Assembly (NCBI GenBank): GCA_965198235.1
Contig: OZ240248.1
Location: 3,584,001-3,648,000 of the forward strand
DNA: 64,000 nucleotides
Reading direction: 5' to 3'
DNA from: Candidatus Poribacteria bacterium
Lineage (GTDB): Bacteria > Poribacteria > WGA-4E > WGA-3G
The translations under genes and the position numbers were made by a program. A model generated the notes under the pieces. That model was not told the origin of the DNA, made no database searches, and saw only the letters and a list, made by a program, of their open reading frames with translations. Of this stretch, positions 19,815 through 31,400 are shown one piece after another; the stretch's first letter is position 1, and the number at the start of each line of letters is the position of its first letter.

Positions 19815-21755
19815 TTAATAGTAAAATGTATACGTCGGTCTGTCAAGGAGAATGCTTAAGATATTCCAGAAACTCCCCATGGCAAAGTCGCCGAGTGCTA
19901 ATCCGAGAAAAAGCGGCACTATTTTCCGGTAGAGACCGAGTCCACCGTATTTTAGCACACTCCATTTGGCAAGCGCACTGATGATAAACGCCGCCCAGAA
20001 GAGGTGGAGATGGAAGGAGACTCCATAACCGAGTGGATGAATGGGCCACCAGAACAGCCGACTGCGGACCACTGAGAGCAGAAGCGTAACAGAGAAACCG
20101 ATTGTTATCGCGGTGATATGCCCGCTATTTGCATCTTGCGGTGAGGTGAGCCAGCCCTCAAGAAAGCGATACGCCCGTCCACCGAAACTGTTAATCTGCC
20201 CACCGACCTTACCGGAATTAACACCGAGTTCAAAGAACGTATCTACCAACATAAGGATGCACAACGGCATTGCGATGACTGTCAGCATAAGCATCAGACG
20301 AGACAGACCTTTTACGTCGAGGTTGCCGCGCTCGGCAAGTTTAAACGCTTCAAGTTGGTGCGGCATCGGGTGGCTCCGATTGTCTCTATTGAACCAGAAA
20401 AAGAGCGCGAACCATGTCAGATTGCGTCCACCGATCCGCCGCGTGCCGAGTCCGCTAACGAGGCTATGGTGCGGTCCTATAAAGGTTGTTGAGTGAATAG
20501 GGAAACCGATTTGTGCTCGGATACGCGTCAACGGCATCGCGATCGTTGCAAAATGTGCGGCAAAAAATAGGATGGCGATCCACATCGCCATTCCGCCACG
20601 CATCGCAAATCCGATGATGAATATTCCACCGAAAACGATCCCCAAAAACGCCGTTCGATAGCGCATCGGTTCTTTCGCGTCCGCTGCCGTTCTTTGGGCA
20701 AATGCTGTGCGAAATGCCCGCCAGATCTGCCTGCGTGTGCTCCACAGGGCGACTGCACAGATCCCGATATACGCGCCGATGTTCTGCTCATACGGGTAAG
20801 GAAAGCCGGGGATGTTCTCCAACCCGGTGAGGATGGTGATGAAGTATTGCACTTTATAAAGAAAGAAAAAGAGTAGACACGATGTAAGCAATTCAAGTGG
20901 CATCAGGAAGCCGAGTCCAACAGCGAATGGATAGACAATAATTGCATCCCCACCACGGAGAAAGGCTGTCCACGGCTTTTCAGTGAATAAAGCGTTGAGG
21001 GGGATGTGTTTATTAGGAAAAGCCGGAATTGAAGGAAAAAAGATGTTAAGTCCATTGATAAGACTAATTATTGACGCGATGCCGAATCCCCACCACATGG
21101 CTCGGTTCCGCAGGAATCGGCTTGTGTTGTAGGCGAGTTGATACGGGAGCTCGACAATCGGATACACGAGACGTTCCTGTTCCGTCCACTGCTTGCGGAT
21201 GATAACATTGATACACTGCATCACGAAGATAAGCGCGAAAGTGAATGTACACCACCAGAAGGTAGGGATCATCCATTCCATTATATAATGGGTTTCAAAA
21301 AGCGGTTCATCGCCGAGATAGAACGCACGGAGCACTCTCGGATCGTTGATTGTCAGCCAGTCCGGCAGATGGTGCCAGAACAACTCGCGCCATTCGTTTT
21401 CAGGTGTACCGAAGTAGAAGGCGTGAACGATGATTGAGACGAGCGGAAGGAACATATCATAAGACATGAACAGCAATGTTATGGACATTAGGACATAGAG
21501 GGTGATCAGTTCACCACCTGTCAGCGCGTGCTTCGCAGCATATTTTTTAACGCCGATGTTGAACGCGGCGATGACCAGCAGTGTGAAGACAACACTGTAG
21601 AACGGTGCCATCAACGTTGGGAAGGTGTATCGGAGGGCTTCACATTCAATATGCCATTTGTAGATGAGCGGCAAGAGTAACAACGATATGAGGATGGTAC
21701 GCAGGGTGATTTTTTCGGGGGTCGGCGTACTTGTCGATGGACTTAAAGGAGACAT
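19815..21755 (-). CDS. DUF6785/DUF6784-like multi-TM protein (putative transporter)
   Basis: About 15 TM segments, RKQWTEQERLVYPI, HPMPHQLE, WWPIHPLGY, LKYGG. Confidence 0.75.
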   Translation of the reverse strand: MSPLSPSTSTPTPEKITLRTILISLLLLPLIYKWHIECEALRYTFPTLMAPFYSVVFTLLVIAAFNIGVKKYAAKHALTGGELITLYVLMSITLLFMSYDMFLPLVSIIVHAFYFGTPENEWRELFWHHLPDWLTINDPRVLRAFYLGDEPLFETHYIMEWMIPTFWWCTFTFALIFVMQCINVIIRKQWTEQERLVYPIVELPYQLAYNTSRFLRNRAMWWGFGIASIISLINGLNIFFPSIPAFPNKHIPLNALFTEKPWTAFLRGGDAIIVYPFAVGLGFLMPLELLTSCLLFFFLYKVQYFITILTGLENIPGFPYPYEQNIGAYIGICAVALWSTRRQIWRAFRTAFAQRTAADAKEPMRYRTAFLGIVFGGIFIIGFAMRGGMAMWIAILFFAAHFATIAMPLTRIRAQIGFPIHSTTFIGPHHSLVSGLGTRRIGGRNLTWFALFFWFNRDNRSHPMPHQLEAFKLAERGNLDVKGLSRLMLMLTVIAMPLCILMLVDTFFELGVNSGKVGGQINSFGGRAYRFLEGWLTSPQDANSGHITAITIGFSVTLLLSVVRSRLFWWPIHPLGYGVSFHLHLFWAAFIISALAKWSVLKYGGLGLYRKIVPLFLGLALGDFAMGSFWNILSILLDRPTYTFYY

Positions 21756-21898
21756 AGTGAGAGTTTAGCGGATGAATAGGCGGTCGGTGAAAAGTCTTGG
21801 TGTGTGCTCGCAGAAATGTGAACCTTCTCCCTGTATTTTACGTTTATTTAGATAAAAGTTCAAGGAAATCCATTGTGAGCATCGGGGGATGTTTGGTT

Positions 21899-23053
21899 AT
21901 GAAAATTACACAGGTTGAAGCGTTCGCGCTCCGATACCAAACGGGGAAATCATCAGAAGGGCAGGCAGACAATTATTACTTACCGGACGAAGGATGGCGT
22001 TGCATCTACGCACGTCACCATGAAACGATGGTCGTGCGGATGACCACGTCGGACGGAATCGTCGGGTATGGCGAAGGACAAAGCCCCGTTTCACCGCGCA
22101 CATCGAAGACAATCGTTGAGGATTTGTGTCGTCCGATACTGATGGGAAAAGACCCGTTTGACGTGGAATACCTTTGGCAACGGATGTTTACGGCGATGCG
22201 GGAGCGTGGACACTATACCGGTTTTTTCATTGATGCGCTCGCCGGGTGTGACATTGCACTGTGGGACATCATCGGGCAAGCGACAGGTAAACCCATTCAC
22301 AAAGTGTTGGGTGGACGCTATCGGGATCGAATACCTTTATATGCTGGAGTTGGCAGCAGCACTCCGGAGTCGGCGGCGGCACAAGCGGCTAAGCATGTCT
22401 CGCAGGGTTATGGTGGGTTGAAGATTCACTCGACGCACGGGCGCGCCGAGATTTTGGAGATCGTCGCCGCGGTGCGCGAACAGGTCGGTCCACAGATTAA
22501 GTTGATGGTGGACCTCCATACCCAATACAGCGTGCCAGAGGCGACGCGACTCGGACGCGGGCTTGAGGAATTGGACGTGATGTGGTTAGAGTCGCCGACG
22601 GCACCCGAGGACATCCCCGGACAAGCGGCATTGGCACAGTCGTTGGATATGTCGGTCGCTATCGGGGAGTGGACACGCACCCGTTATGAATTACGGGAGG
22701 TGTTTGAACGTCGTGCCTGCGACATCACCATGCCCGATATTGCCCGCACGGGTCTCACGGAGGGTAAGCGCATCGCGAGCCTCGCCGATACCTATAACAT
22801 TCCGGTGACACCTCACATCGGTGGCGGTGGCATCCTCTCGATTGCCGCAACGGTGCAATTTTCCGCGACGATCCCTAACTTCTTGATTATGGAGCATTCC
22901 CCTGAGGCGTATGAATCGAAAGGGCAAATCACCACGCGAAAACCGACAGTTGAGGATGGGGCTTTCAATAAGTGGTAAAACATTGATGATATGCCCGGAC
23001 TCGGTGTTGTTATTGATACGGAAGCGTTAGAAGCCTTCGCAATAGGTGGTTAA
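21899..23053 (+). pseudogene. mandelate racemase/muconate lactonizing family enzyme with a premature in-frame stop at 22976-22978
   Basis: DIALWDIIG, KIH, LMVD, WLESP, GE, PH motifs; the reading frame continues after TAA as NIDDMPGLGVVID to TAA 23051-23053. Confidence 0.75.
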
Positions 23054-23997
23054 TACCCTTTTTCCTTATCCACAACGTTGGTGAGCGGTTCTCCGTTCAC
23101 GTGTTTGTGCATGTTGTCGATGAACAACTCCATTGCGCGTTTGGCGATATTCTGTGACGCGCCAGCGGTATGGGACGTTAGAATCACGTTCGGAAGCGTC
23201 CATAATGGATTGTCTTGTGGACACGGTTCCGTATAGGTCACGTCCAACCCCGCGCCCGCCACTTTCCCGCTTTTCAGCGCGGCGACGAGTGCGTCCTCGT
23301 CAACCACTTTCCCGCGACTGACGTTGATGAAGAAGCTTCCGTCTGGTAAGGCATCGAATTCTGCATGCGATAGCAGTTTATGGGTTTGCGGTGTGATTGG
23401 GCAGCAGACCGTCAAAACGTCGCAGCGTGACAGGAACTCCGGCAGCCAGTCGAGTTGCCCCAATTCATTGACGGTGTCTGGCTTCTCCATCGGTTCGGGA
23501 TCGACAGCGATTACGTTGAACTCGAAGGCTTTGGCACGTTGCGCGACCGCTCTGCCGATGCCTCCAAGTCCGAGAACTCCCATTGTCATTCCCGATACCT
23601 CAACGCACGACAGCCCCTTCCACTCCTTATCTCGCATCAAATCGAGTTGTGTGTTGATTCCCCGTGTCAGTGCAAGTAGCAACGCGAAGGCGTGTTCGGC
23701 GAGTTGTGGTCCGTACAAACGTTTGCTGTTTACGAGGGTGATGGGACTTTCCTTGAAGGCGGGGTACATTGATCTTTCCACCCCCACGAAAGGTTGCATC
23801 ACCCATTGTAGGGATTTCGCATAAGGGAGGACATTCTCTGATACCACGCCGTAGAGAATTTCAACATCTGAAAGGTGGTCTTTAAGTTGCTCACCTTCCT
23901 GTAGAAAGCTAACTTCCATCTCTGGGGGTGCGTCCCCCAGCATATCCGCAACCTCTTGACTGATCCCACTGGCGATCAGCACCTTGATTTTAGCCAT
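23050..23997 (-). CDS. D-2-hydroxyacid dehydrogenase
   Basis: GLGGIG, INVSRGKVVDE, AGLDVT.EP, TSHTAG. Confidence 0.93.
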   Translation of the reverse strand: MAKIKVLIASGISQEVADMLGDAPPEMEVSFLQEGEQLKDHLSDVEILYGVVSENVLPYAKSLQWVMQPFVGVERSMYPAFKESPITLVNSKRLYGPQLAEHAFALLLALTRGINTQLDLMRDKEWKGLSCVEVSGMTMGVLGLGGIGRAVAQRAKAFEFNVIAVDPEPMEKPDTVNELGQLDWLPEFLSRCDVLTVCCPITPQTHKLLSHAEFDALPDGSFFINVSRGKVVDEDALVAALKSGKVAGAGLDVTYTEPCPQDNPLWTLPNVILTSHTAGASQNIAKRAMELFIDNMHKHVNGEPLTNVVDKEKGY

Positions 23998-24240
23998 TGA
24001 TAGTCTCCTTCGTTATAGGATTTTCTGTGATAATTCTTGACAAAAAATTAATGCGTCAATATGGGCTTGTCTAACTTTATTGCTTTTTGTCTCCTTGTGA
24101 AGGTAGATGGTGTCAGACATACCGTACGGAGAACTCGCTTTTTAGTGCTAACTGGAGTTAGAGATTATATAATCTATCACATAAAGGAGAAAAATGCAAC
24201 TCAAATTAGTTTTCCAAAAACAGTTTTTCTTACGGTTATT

Positions 24241-24356
24241 TATGGTAAGCCTACAGTTACTTAGGCATTGTGAGGCGAGGTTGGGAAACCTCGCCAGCGG
24301 GGGTGGCAGATTTTCGCTTCTATTGAGATGCCTATTTATTTCTATAATTCACCATA
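24241..24356. mobile_element. MITE-like element (family H) with internal REP family C
   Basis: Imperfect TIRs tatggtaagcctacagttacttaggcat / atgcctatttatttctataattcaccata around gcgaggttgggaaacctcgc; related element at 46122-46224. Confidence 0.6.
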
Positions 24357-24462
24357 ATTTTCGGTTTTCACTGAGTTTACGAATTTCCCTTGACAGATTT
24401 CCCCAAAACGGGTATTCTCAAGAAAAATCTCTCCTTTACCCCCTGAAAGCGAGCAATATACT

Positions 24463-27177
24463 ATGCTACAGGTCCGATACGCACGCTATACTCCCCACGA
24501 TGCATACCTCCGTTTGACGAATGAACATTACATCCTTGATGTGGATAGACGCAGCGGTGTTATCAAAGGTTTATACCTGACAGAGGACGCACAAGGCACG
24601 AACTTCTTCGGGAATGAGCAGAACATGCGTCTCAACATCTGGTGGAAGCAACAGCACGTTCCTGAAAAGGCGCAACGCATTCCGATGCACTGCTGGACTG
24701 GCGACGTTGTGCTGAAAGCGCGTGCAACCCCTGTAGGAGGGATTTGTAATCCCGATCCTAAAAAACAAAACTGGCGCGCGATGCACACCTTCCTCAGCGA
24801 CGATGTCCGGACGGTGACGTACGACCAAGATTCTATAACCACCCGTTATGCGGGCAATTCTGTCAACCAAGGCGGACTCCAGCACCTCAATATTGAGCAG
24901 CGTTATGAGTTTAGGGGAAACCCGCAGAGCGGCGATGCCATTCTATGGACGATCACGCTTCATAACACTTCGCAGGAACAGGTCGAAATCGGAGAACTCG
25001 GACTCCCGATCACACTGAATACGAACTACAGCATCGGTGATGAGAAACAGGGTTTCAACCATCGGTCGATCGAGTCTACGAAATATGTCTTTGAGCAACG
25101 CGTGATTGAGAGCTCGTTTGTCTCTGGACATTCGTCCTATATCCTTGTGACCCGTGCAAGCGGCAAAGGTGACCAAGTGCTGATTGTTCCGCAAGGCGAC
25201 ACCGCATTGGAGGCGATTTCTGGATATGGACTTTTCCCTAACACCGATATGATGACGGGTGCTGGCTCCATGTTTTACCTGTTTTCCGAAGCGACTGCGA
25301 TGGAACCTTGGTACAATGGACACCGTTCGCTCACTTTGGCACCCGATGAAAGACGGACTTTCAGTTTCACATTGTGTCGCGTTAAGGACTACGCCGATGT
25401 CAGCGAGAAGTTGTATCAGAACGGGAACGTCGCTGTGAAGATCGTGCCGGGGATGGTGCTACCTGTCGGCACGACGGCACATCTTCTGCTCCGATGCCAG
25501 AAACCAATTACGGCGATTGAGACTGCTGATGGCATTGAAGTTGAACCTGTGGCAGCGATGGGGGACCGCTATACCTATACCGTCTGTCTCACTTCTATGG
25601 GTGAACAGAAGGTGACAATTCGCTACGGCAATGGCGAATGGACACACCTGTTGTTCAAGGGTATCGCGGAGATAGAGACCTTGATGAAGGCACGCGCCGA
25701 ATTCATCGTGGAGAATCAACGTGTTGAAGATCCTGACGACCTCTGCCACTACAGTTTTCGCATCTGGAATAACGAGGATGAAAGACTCATCGTGGAGGAG
25801 GAGGCACCTTGCGGTTCGATTGATATGGGGGGCAGCGATGACCGATGCTTTGCACCACCCGTATTCCTCGCTGGTAAAAACGCCTATTACCCCGATGAGG
25901 AAGAGATCCACGCACTCGACGAATTCATTGAAAACTTTCTCTACGGGAAGCTACAGAATAAAGACAACTATCAGGTGCTGAACTCACTCATTGGGCTCCG
26001 ACCGGGTTCGTGGCGGCGATGGGATTACGTCTGGCGTATCTATAACTATCCGCACGTCTACAATATCTACTATCAGATGTATCGGATCACCAAGTTGCAC
26101 GGGATAAAAACGAGTCGCGAACCCTTGTGGTATCTCAACCTCGCCTATAACACTGCACTCGCCTCTTACCTCGATTCCACCTACGAGAGTATCTATGAGA
26201 CGAAGAATTACATCGACTACCACCGCGGCAACATGTCCAAAACGCATGCACCGATGGGTTCACCGATTCTGGCGCATCTCCTGAGATCGCTGAAGATGGA
26301 AGGCATGACTGCTGAATACCGCACGCTTCGAGAGGCTATTGAAGGGTGTCTCCCGTTTTTCCTTGAGGAGGAATACCCGTTTGCATCGGAGTATTGTTTC
26401 GACCACGCTTCAAAAGCGGCGTTGTACTACTTGGCACAGGTCGCCGACGATGAGCTGTTGAAGCAGCGCACTGTGCAGACGATCCTCGCGAGCCGCGACG
26501 CAACCCCGATGTGGTTCTCCTACTGCACGAACATGCGATACATCGGATGCTACCCGACGCCGTTGCTGGCGCGTCCGCTTTTTGATAGATATGAGCAGAC
26601 GGGGGATCTGCACTTCCTGCAGAAGGCGTACGGCGCAACCTTGGCGGTCTGGAGTTGTGTCGATCCGTCTGGGAAGGGCTACAACGGTAGGGAATGGCGA
26701 TTCAACCCGCCGGAGAAGGGTTCGCCAGAATACAATTACTATCGGAACGGCTGTTTCTCTGGTGAGGTCGGTGTGGGACTTTACGGCAACTTGAGCATGT
26801 TGAAATCCTACCTCGTCCAAGATCCAGATTTCGGGCTTGTCGGTTACGGGTGCGCTGTATCTGAAACGGCGGACGACTGGACGCTCGTCCCGCAGGATGG
26901 ATTAGGTGTCAGAGCGTCCTTTGTGCCGCTCGGCGTGACGTTGGAGACGGTGAAGGCTCGCATTGAGAAGGCGACACTCGCAAAGGATACGCGGCGGTTG
27001 GAGCTCGTTTTGTCGAAGCCGTCCAAGCATGCGGAATGTGCGCATATCTCGGTTCGTGGGATGCCATCGGGTTCCTATCGGTGTAGCGCAGGTCGTGTCA
27101 AAGTCAGCGATCCCATTGAGTGGGATATTCCTTATGCAGAGGGGCAGGATTCCGTTGTCGTGACGTTAGTCCGCTGA
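24463..27177 (+). CDS. DUF5695-like putative glycoside hydrolase
   Basis: 904 aa; EIGELGLP, GGSDD, WRIYNYPHV, SEYCFD, SGEVGVGLYG, DPDFGLVGYG. Confidence 0.72.
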   Translation: MLQVRYARYTPHDAYLRLTNEHYILDVDRRSGVIKGLYLTEDAQGTNFFGNEQNMRLNIWWKQQHVPEKAQRIPMHCWTGDVVLKARATPVGGICNPDPKKQNWRAMHTFLSDDVRTVTYDQDSITTRYAGNSVNQGGLQHLNIEQRYEFRGNPQSGDAILWTITLHNTSQEQVEIGELGLPITLNTNYSIGDEKQGFNHRSIESTKYVFEQRVIESSFVSGHSSYILVTRASGKGDQVLIVPQGDTALEAISGYGLFPNTDMMTGAGSMFYLFSEATAMEPWYNGHRSLTLAPDERRTFSFTLCRVKDYADVSEKLYQNGNVAVKIVPGMVLPVGTTAHLLLRCQKPITAIETADGIEVEPVAAMGDRYTYTVCLTSMGEQKVTIRYGNGEWTHLLFKGIAEIETLMKARAEFIVENQRVEDPDDLCHYSFRIWNNEDERLIVEEEAPCGSIDMGGSDDRCFAPPVFLAGKNAYYPDEEEIHALDEFIENFLYGKLQNKDNYQVLNSLIGLRPGSWRRWDYVWRIYNYPHVYNIYYQMYRITKLHGIKTSREPLWYLNLAYNTALASYLDSTYESIYETKNYIDYHRGNMSKTHAPMGSPILAHLLRSLKMEGMTAEYRTLREAIEGCLPFFLEEEYPFASEYCFDHASKAALYYLAQVADDELLKQRTVQTILASRDATPMWFSYCTNMRYIGCYPTPLLARPLFDRYEQTGDLHFLQKAYGATLAVWSCVDPSGKGYNGREWRFNPPEKGSPEYNYYRNGCFSGEVGVGLYGNLSMLKSYLVQDPDFGLVGYGCAVSETADDWTLVPQDGLGVRASFVPLGVTLETVKARIEKATLAKDTRRLELVLSKPSKHAECAHISVRGMPSGSYRCSAGRVKVSDPIEWDIPYAEGQDSVVVTLVR

Positions 27178-27185
27178 TTGGTATT

Positions 27186-27260
27186 CAGCCCCGTAGGGGC
27201 GATATGTTTATAGAAAATGTGGGATGTAAGATTATAGCCCTATAAGGGCGGTATGTGTAT
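27186..27260 (+). repeat. REP family B pair
   Basis: agccccgtaggggcgatatgtttataga and agccctataagggcggtatgtgtata. Confidence 0.7.
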
Positions 27261-27311
27261 ATCGTCATACATCGAATTACACCAGCGCAGTAGGAACATT
27301 GCGTCGTACAA

Positions 27312-27345
27312 AAAAATGGGGACTGGTAAAACCAGTCCCCTTTTG
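27312..27345. terminator. bidirectional intrinsic terminator
   Basis: ggggactggt-aaa-accagtcccc flanked by A and T tracts between convergent genes. Confidence 0.75.
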
Positions 27346-27367
27346 ACTTACCACTGAACTTTAGAGG

Positions 27368-27709
27368 CTATGCCGATAGTGCTGAGACTGCGGCATCCTC
27401 GCTGTCGAAACATTCAAAGAGACTCACCAGTCGATTCAGAGCGACCAGGTTTTTGATGTGTTTACCGACATTGACAACCCCGATGCGCCCTTTCTTTCGG
27501 GTTGCGGCGACACGTGCTTCCATAAGGGCACTGAGTCCTGAACTATCGATCCTATTGACGTGCTCGAAATTGATGAGAACACGTGGCTCATCGTAAGCCT
27601 CTATTTGGGGTGAAATTGCTTTCCGTAATTCTGATGCTGAGGATCCCACTATTTTCCCGCTCGGTTCCAAAATCGTGATGCCGTCTTGCTGACGAATCTG
27701 CGTTACCAT
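27368..27709 (-). CDS. STAS-domain anti-sigma factor antagonist
   Basis: IDSSGL phosphorylation motif, 113 aa, AAGGAG RBS. Confidence 0.9.
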   Translation of the reverse strand: MVTQIRQQDGITILEPSGKIVGSSASELRKAISPQIEAYDEPRVLINFEHVNRIDSSGLSALMEARVAATRKKGRIGVVNVGKHIKNLVALNRLVSLFECFDSEDAAVSALSA

Positions 27710-28313
27710 GATTTTTCTCCTTCTTCATTTCTTAGAACACTGTAAATCTCAATTCACTTCTCTAACTTTGGTACTATTTTAACGTTCAATTGCTGTATTC
27801 GTTACTTTAGTCAGATTTTGTGGAAAAAAGTTCGTTTTTTTAATTTAAAGAGGAACTGATAAATATTAATTGGTCTCACGTAGGTTGAGTAGAGTGTAGC
27901 GAAACCCATAGGTGTCAATTTAGGGCTGTAGGGACTGATGCGTAATTTCACAGTTTTCATAGCAAACCGGAAAAATGCCAGATTTGAAGACAGAGTATAA
28001 ACCTACGCAATGACTGGGTTTTGAGCAATTTCCACGCAAAGGTTCTTCGAGGGTTGCTATGAAATTTCATAGCTGAGCCGTCAATCATCCGCAGGAGCGG
28101 AAGCATCGCTGAATGCTACAGAAGCGGACAGTCGGGACGAGTGATCGGCATTTGTAGATGAGTTGGTATGGTTTCAATGCATCGTGTTAATATAATTTTA
28201 TCACATTGTTTTTTCACGGAGGCAGTGCATGTTCGTTGTTGGGAACCCACGGACCGCCTGACTCGAAAAAATCCTCCGTGAAGCCTCCGTGAATTGTGGC
28301 TATTGGGTATCAG

Positions 28314-28461
28314 TAACCCCCCTAACCCCCCTTATCAGGGGGGAATGAGTTAGGAGTCGGGAATCGGAGATCCCTCCTACAAAAGAATGGTGGTCAATTG
28401 GGTTCACTTCGTTCAAACTAACCTGCAACGTGAGAGAGTCGGGGTTACAAACCCCTCCCAC
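28314..28461. repeat. REP cluster downstream of the R-M gene
   Basis: cccccttatcaggggg hairpin (also near 62505), two gtRggagggRt..cccga REPs on the minus strand (28357-28380, 28439-28461) and a degenerate family A copy. Confidence 0.7.
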
Positions 28462-28474
28462 AAGAAGGGGTCCC

Positions 28475-31400
28475 CTACAACGTAGGCAAATTTTTCACAA
28501 TCTCCACCGTTTTCAGGCTGACGGTGATGACACGCGCAATCAGATCCACGATATACCGCGGCTCCGATTCACGGTTCGGGTCGTTGACTATCCTGCTCCG
28601 TTTGTCCGTCTTGACGCGGTACTGATCTACCACCCACTCCAACGCCGAGCGATTGCCAAGCCGATACTCGGACACCTCTGCAGGGATACCGTCCAGCGTC
28701 AGGAAATCGTTGTATACCAATTGCGTCTTGTCTTTGGAGAGTTTCATCTTCTCAACCCGCCAATCGACCGTCATCCCTTCTGTTTCAATGTATTTCAGTC
28801 CGTCATATTTGGGAGCGGATTCATAGTTGACGTGAAGGTCTGCTAACGCCGCGCCTGCAGTGGCGAATCCCCAGAAGTCTTTGGCGAACGGGATATGTGG
28901 CAAGTCGCGCTTGAGGTTCATCTGATACTTCTCGCGATAGGTGGGGTGGTGCAAGAGACCGTAGTTGTAGTGGAAGATGTCCCACTTGGTGATGGTGTCA
29001 TCGCCGTAACGGGTTCGGAATTCCGCCAGTGCCCAATCGGTGATGTTCTCTTGTCGATTGGTGCCGTCTTCGTCGTAGGTGTAGAAGGGGAAGCATTGGG
29101 AATCACCTGTTATATGGAGATCAGGAATTACATTAACCATCAATGTATGAAAGGATAATTTTGTTCCTGGGGGGCTAACACAAATGGCTCGATTTTCCGT
29201 TTTTGATGTTGGAAAAATAGATGGGAAGAGGTAAACACAATTATTCAATACTCGGTCGAAGAACAGATTTGATCTTGTGAAAGGTCGATAGAGTGCTACT
29301 CGCATTTTGTCTTGAGTGAACTCGACAGGTTTACCGCGCTGCAGATGTTGACGTAATTCCCGATCCCATTTAATTTTCGTCAAATCCACTTCTACAAAAT
29401 CAATGGCGTTTGCCTGTTGGTTTTCCCGATGTTCCCACCGAAGGACTTGCAGTCTGTAATACTCAATTGTCTGCTGAACATTTTCAGAAAGGTTGCTTTG
29501 GTCGAAGTTGTAAACCCATGCATCGCGGTTAGTTTTAACACCTGCACTATAGGTTTTGGAAATCACATCCACCACTGCGCCTTTTACTGCCTTCGCTTCC
29601 TTCGTTCCCATCGGAATAAAGGTATCAAACTCGGCGTGGAGTCCTTCCGTCAGCCACGTATATCGACTGTCAGGCGTTATCTGTTGCCAGTCAATGTTTT
29701 GATAATGTTCCTTTGAATTGAGATAGTGATACTTCTCTTCCTTCCGCCAAAATTCATCAACACGAGTGTAAAAGATTTCGGCGGTTTTCAAGACAGGTTT
29801 TGAATCTGTGTCGATAGCATTTTTCTTCACGAAAAGGTTGATACTCACTCCGACCTGAATTCCAAAAACATTATGTGTTGTTCCCGACAACTTCGGATTT
29901 TGACGGACGTTTCCACCGAGATCCAGAATGTAAATCGCATCGAAATCGTCTGTGAGGTGTTTCCGCATCCCGTCAAACGCCATACCATCAAGGAAACCGT
30001 TGTTCGTCACGAAGGCAATAACTCCTTCCTCTCGAATTCGTTTTGATGCCCACCGAATCGCCTTCACATACGGGTCATAGAGGGCATTTTTGAGCGTTGC
30101 TTTGGAATCTGCAGCGTAAGTTTCCGTAATCCGTGCGTCCATTACCTTGTATTTCCGATTCCTGTTGTTGTCGCTGTCATTAACCTGCGCCATGTTATAA
30201 GGCGGATTCCCAATGACGACGAACATATCCGCCACCTTCTGTCGCTCCACCCGTTCTGTGTTTTCCTGTGTGAACATAATATGCTGCTGCTGTCCTTCAA
30301 ACAACTCAAACGTGTCCGCAAGTGCGATCCCTTCAAACGGCAGATACGTCCCCATCCGTTGGAAGTACTCCTGTTCGATGTTCAGGCTGGCGATGTAGTA
30401 GGGTAGGAGCATCACCTCGTTGCAGTGGAGTTCATGGCGGTATTTCGCCTCCAACGCCGTGCCTTGGATGTCCTGCATGAGACGGACGATGAAGTTCCCC
30501 GTCCCGACGAACGGATCGATGATATGCACGCCGGTATCCGACAGCGACCGACTGAACTCGGTTTCCAAGATGTGTGCCACGCTGTTCACCATGAAATCGA
30601 CGATCGGTTGCGGTGTGTAGACGATGCCGTGTGTATCCGCTACGTCCTCGGAGAACCCCTGAAAGAACTTCTCGTAGAACGTGTTGAGGAAGTGCTGTTT
30701 TTGGGAGAAGTCCTTGCAGAGCGTCGCGGCTTGTTCAATAGCGACGTAGAATCGGTTCAACGGTCCAAGAAACTCGTCACGGCTCATAGACTGCCGCATC
30801 AACACGTCGCTGACGTTTTCAATCTCGCGTGCGATGATGTTTCGACGCGTGAAGTCCGACCGCTCAAAGACGGTGCGGAAGATGCGTTCGGTGAGGATAT
30901 GTTGGATGAGCATCTCCTCGACGGCATCCTGTGAGAGTTCCGGGTTGATGGAAGTGCGGCAGGTTTCGTAAAAATCGGTGAACGCTTTTTTGAAGTCTGG
31001 ATCGGTTTCGTGGCGTTGCTCGATCCGTTCTTTCAACTCGCTTGCGAGGTCTGGGACGTGTTCTCTGAAATCCGAGACGGCAGTCTGCCAATTGTCGAGT
31101 GCGGGCGCGGTGTAGGAGAACAGGAATTGGAGTGCCGCAATCAGATTTGCGGGTTCGGTGATGTCGAGATCCAGCACCTCATATCCGTTCTGGTAGAGGA
31201 TGGCGCGCTGCGGGTTTTGGAAAAGAATATTGTCGAGTGGGTAACCTGCCTCGCGCTTGTCAATTACGGCTTTGGCGAGGTCGTCATCCATATCCTTTGC
31301 TTCCCAGTAGGCGAACGGGAGTCCGTATTCGTCGATGATGGTGCCGTCGATGACGATACGGTTGCCTTTCGGGGCGCGCATCGGGTATTGGGGGACGAAG

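Noticed and set aside
28070-28300. Possible c-di-AMP or other riboswitch (gctgaat, gggaaccca)
   Set aside because: The motif pieces lack the required order and pairing, and no suitably oriented downstream gene exists
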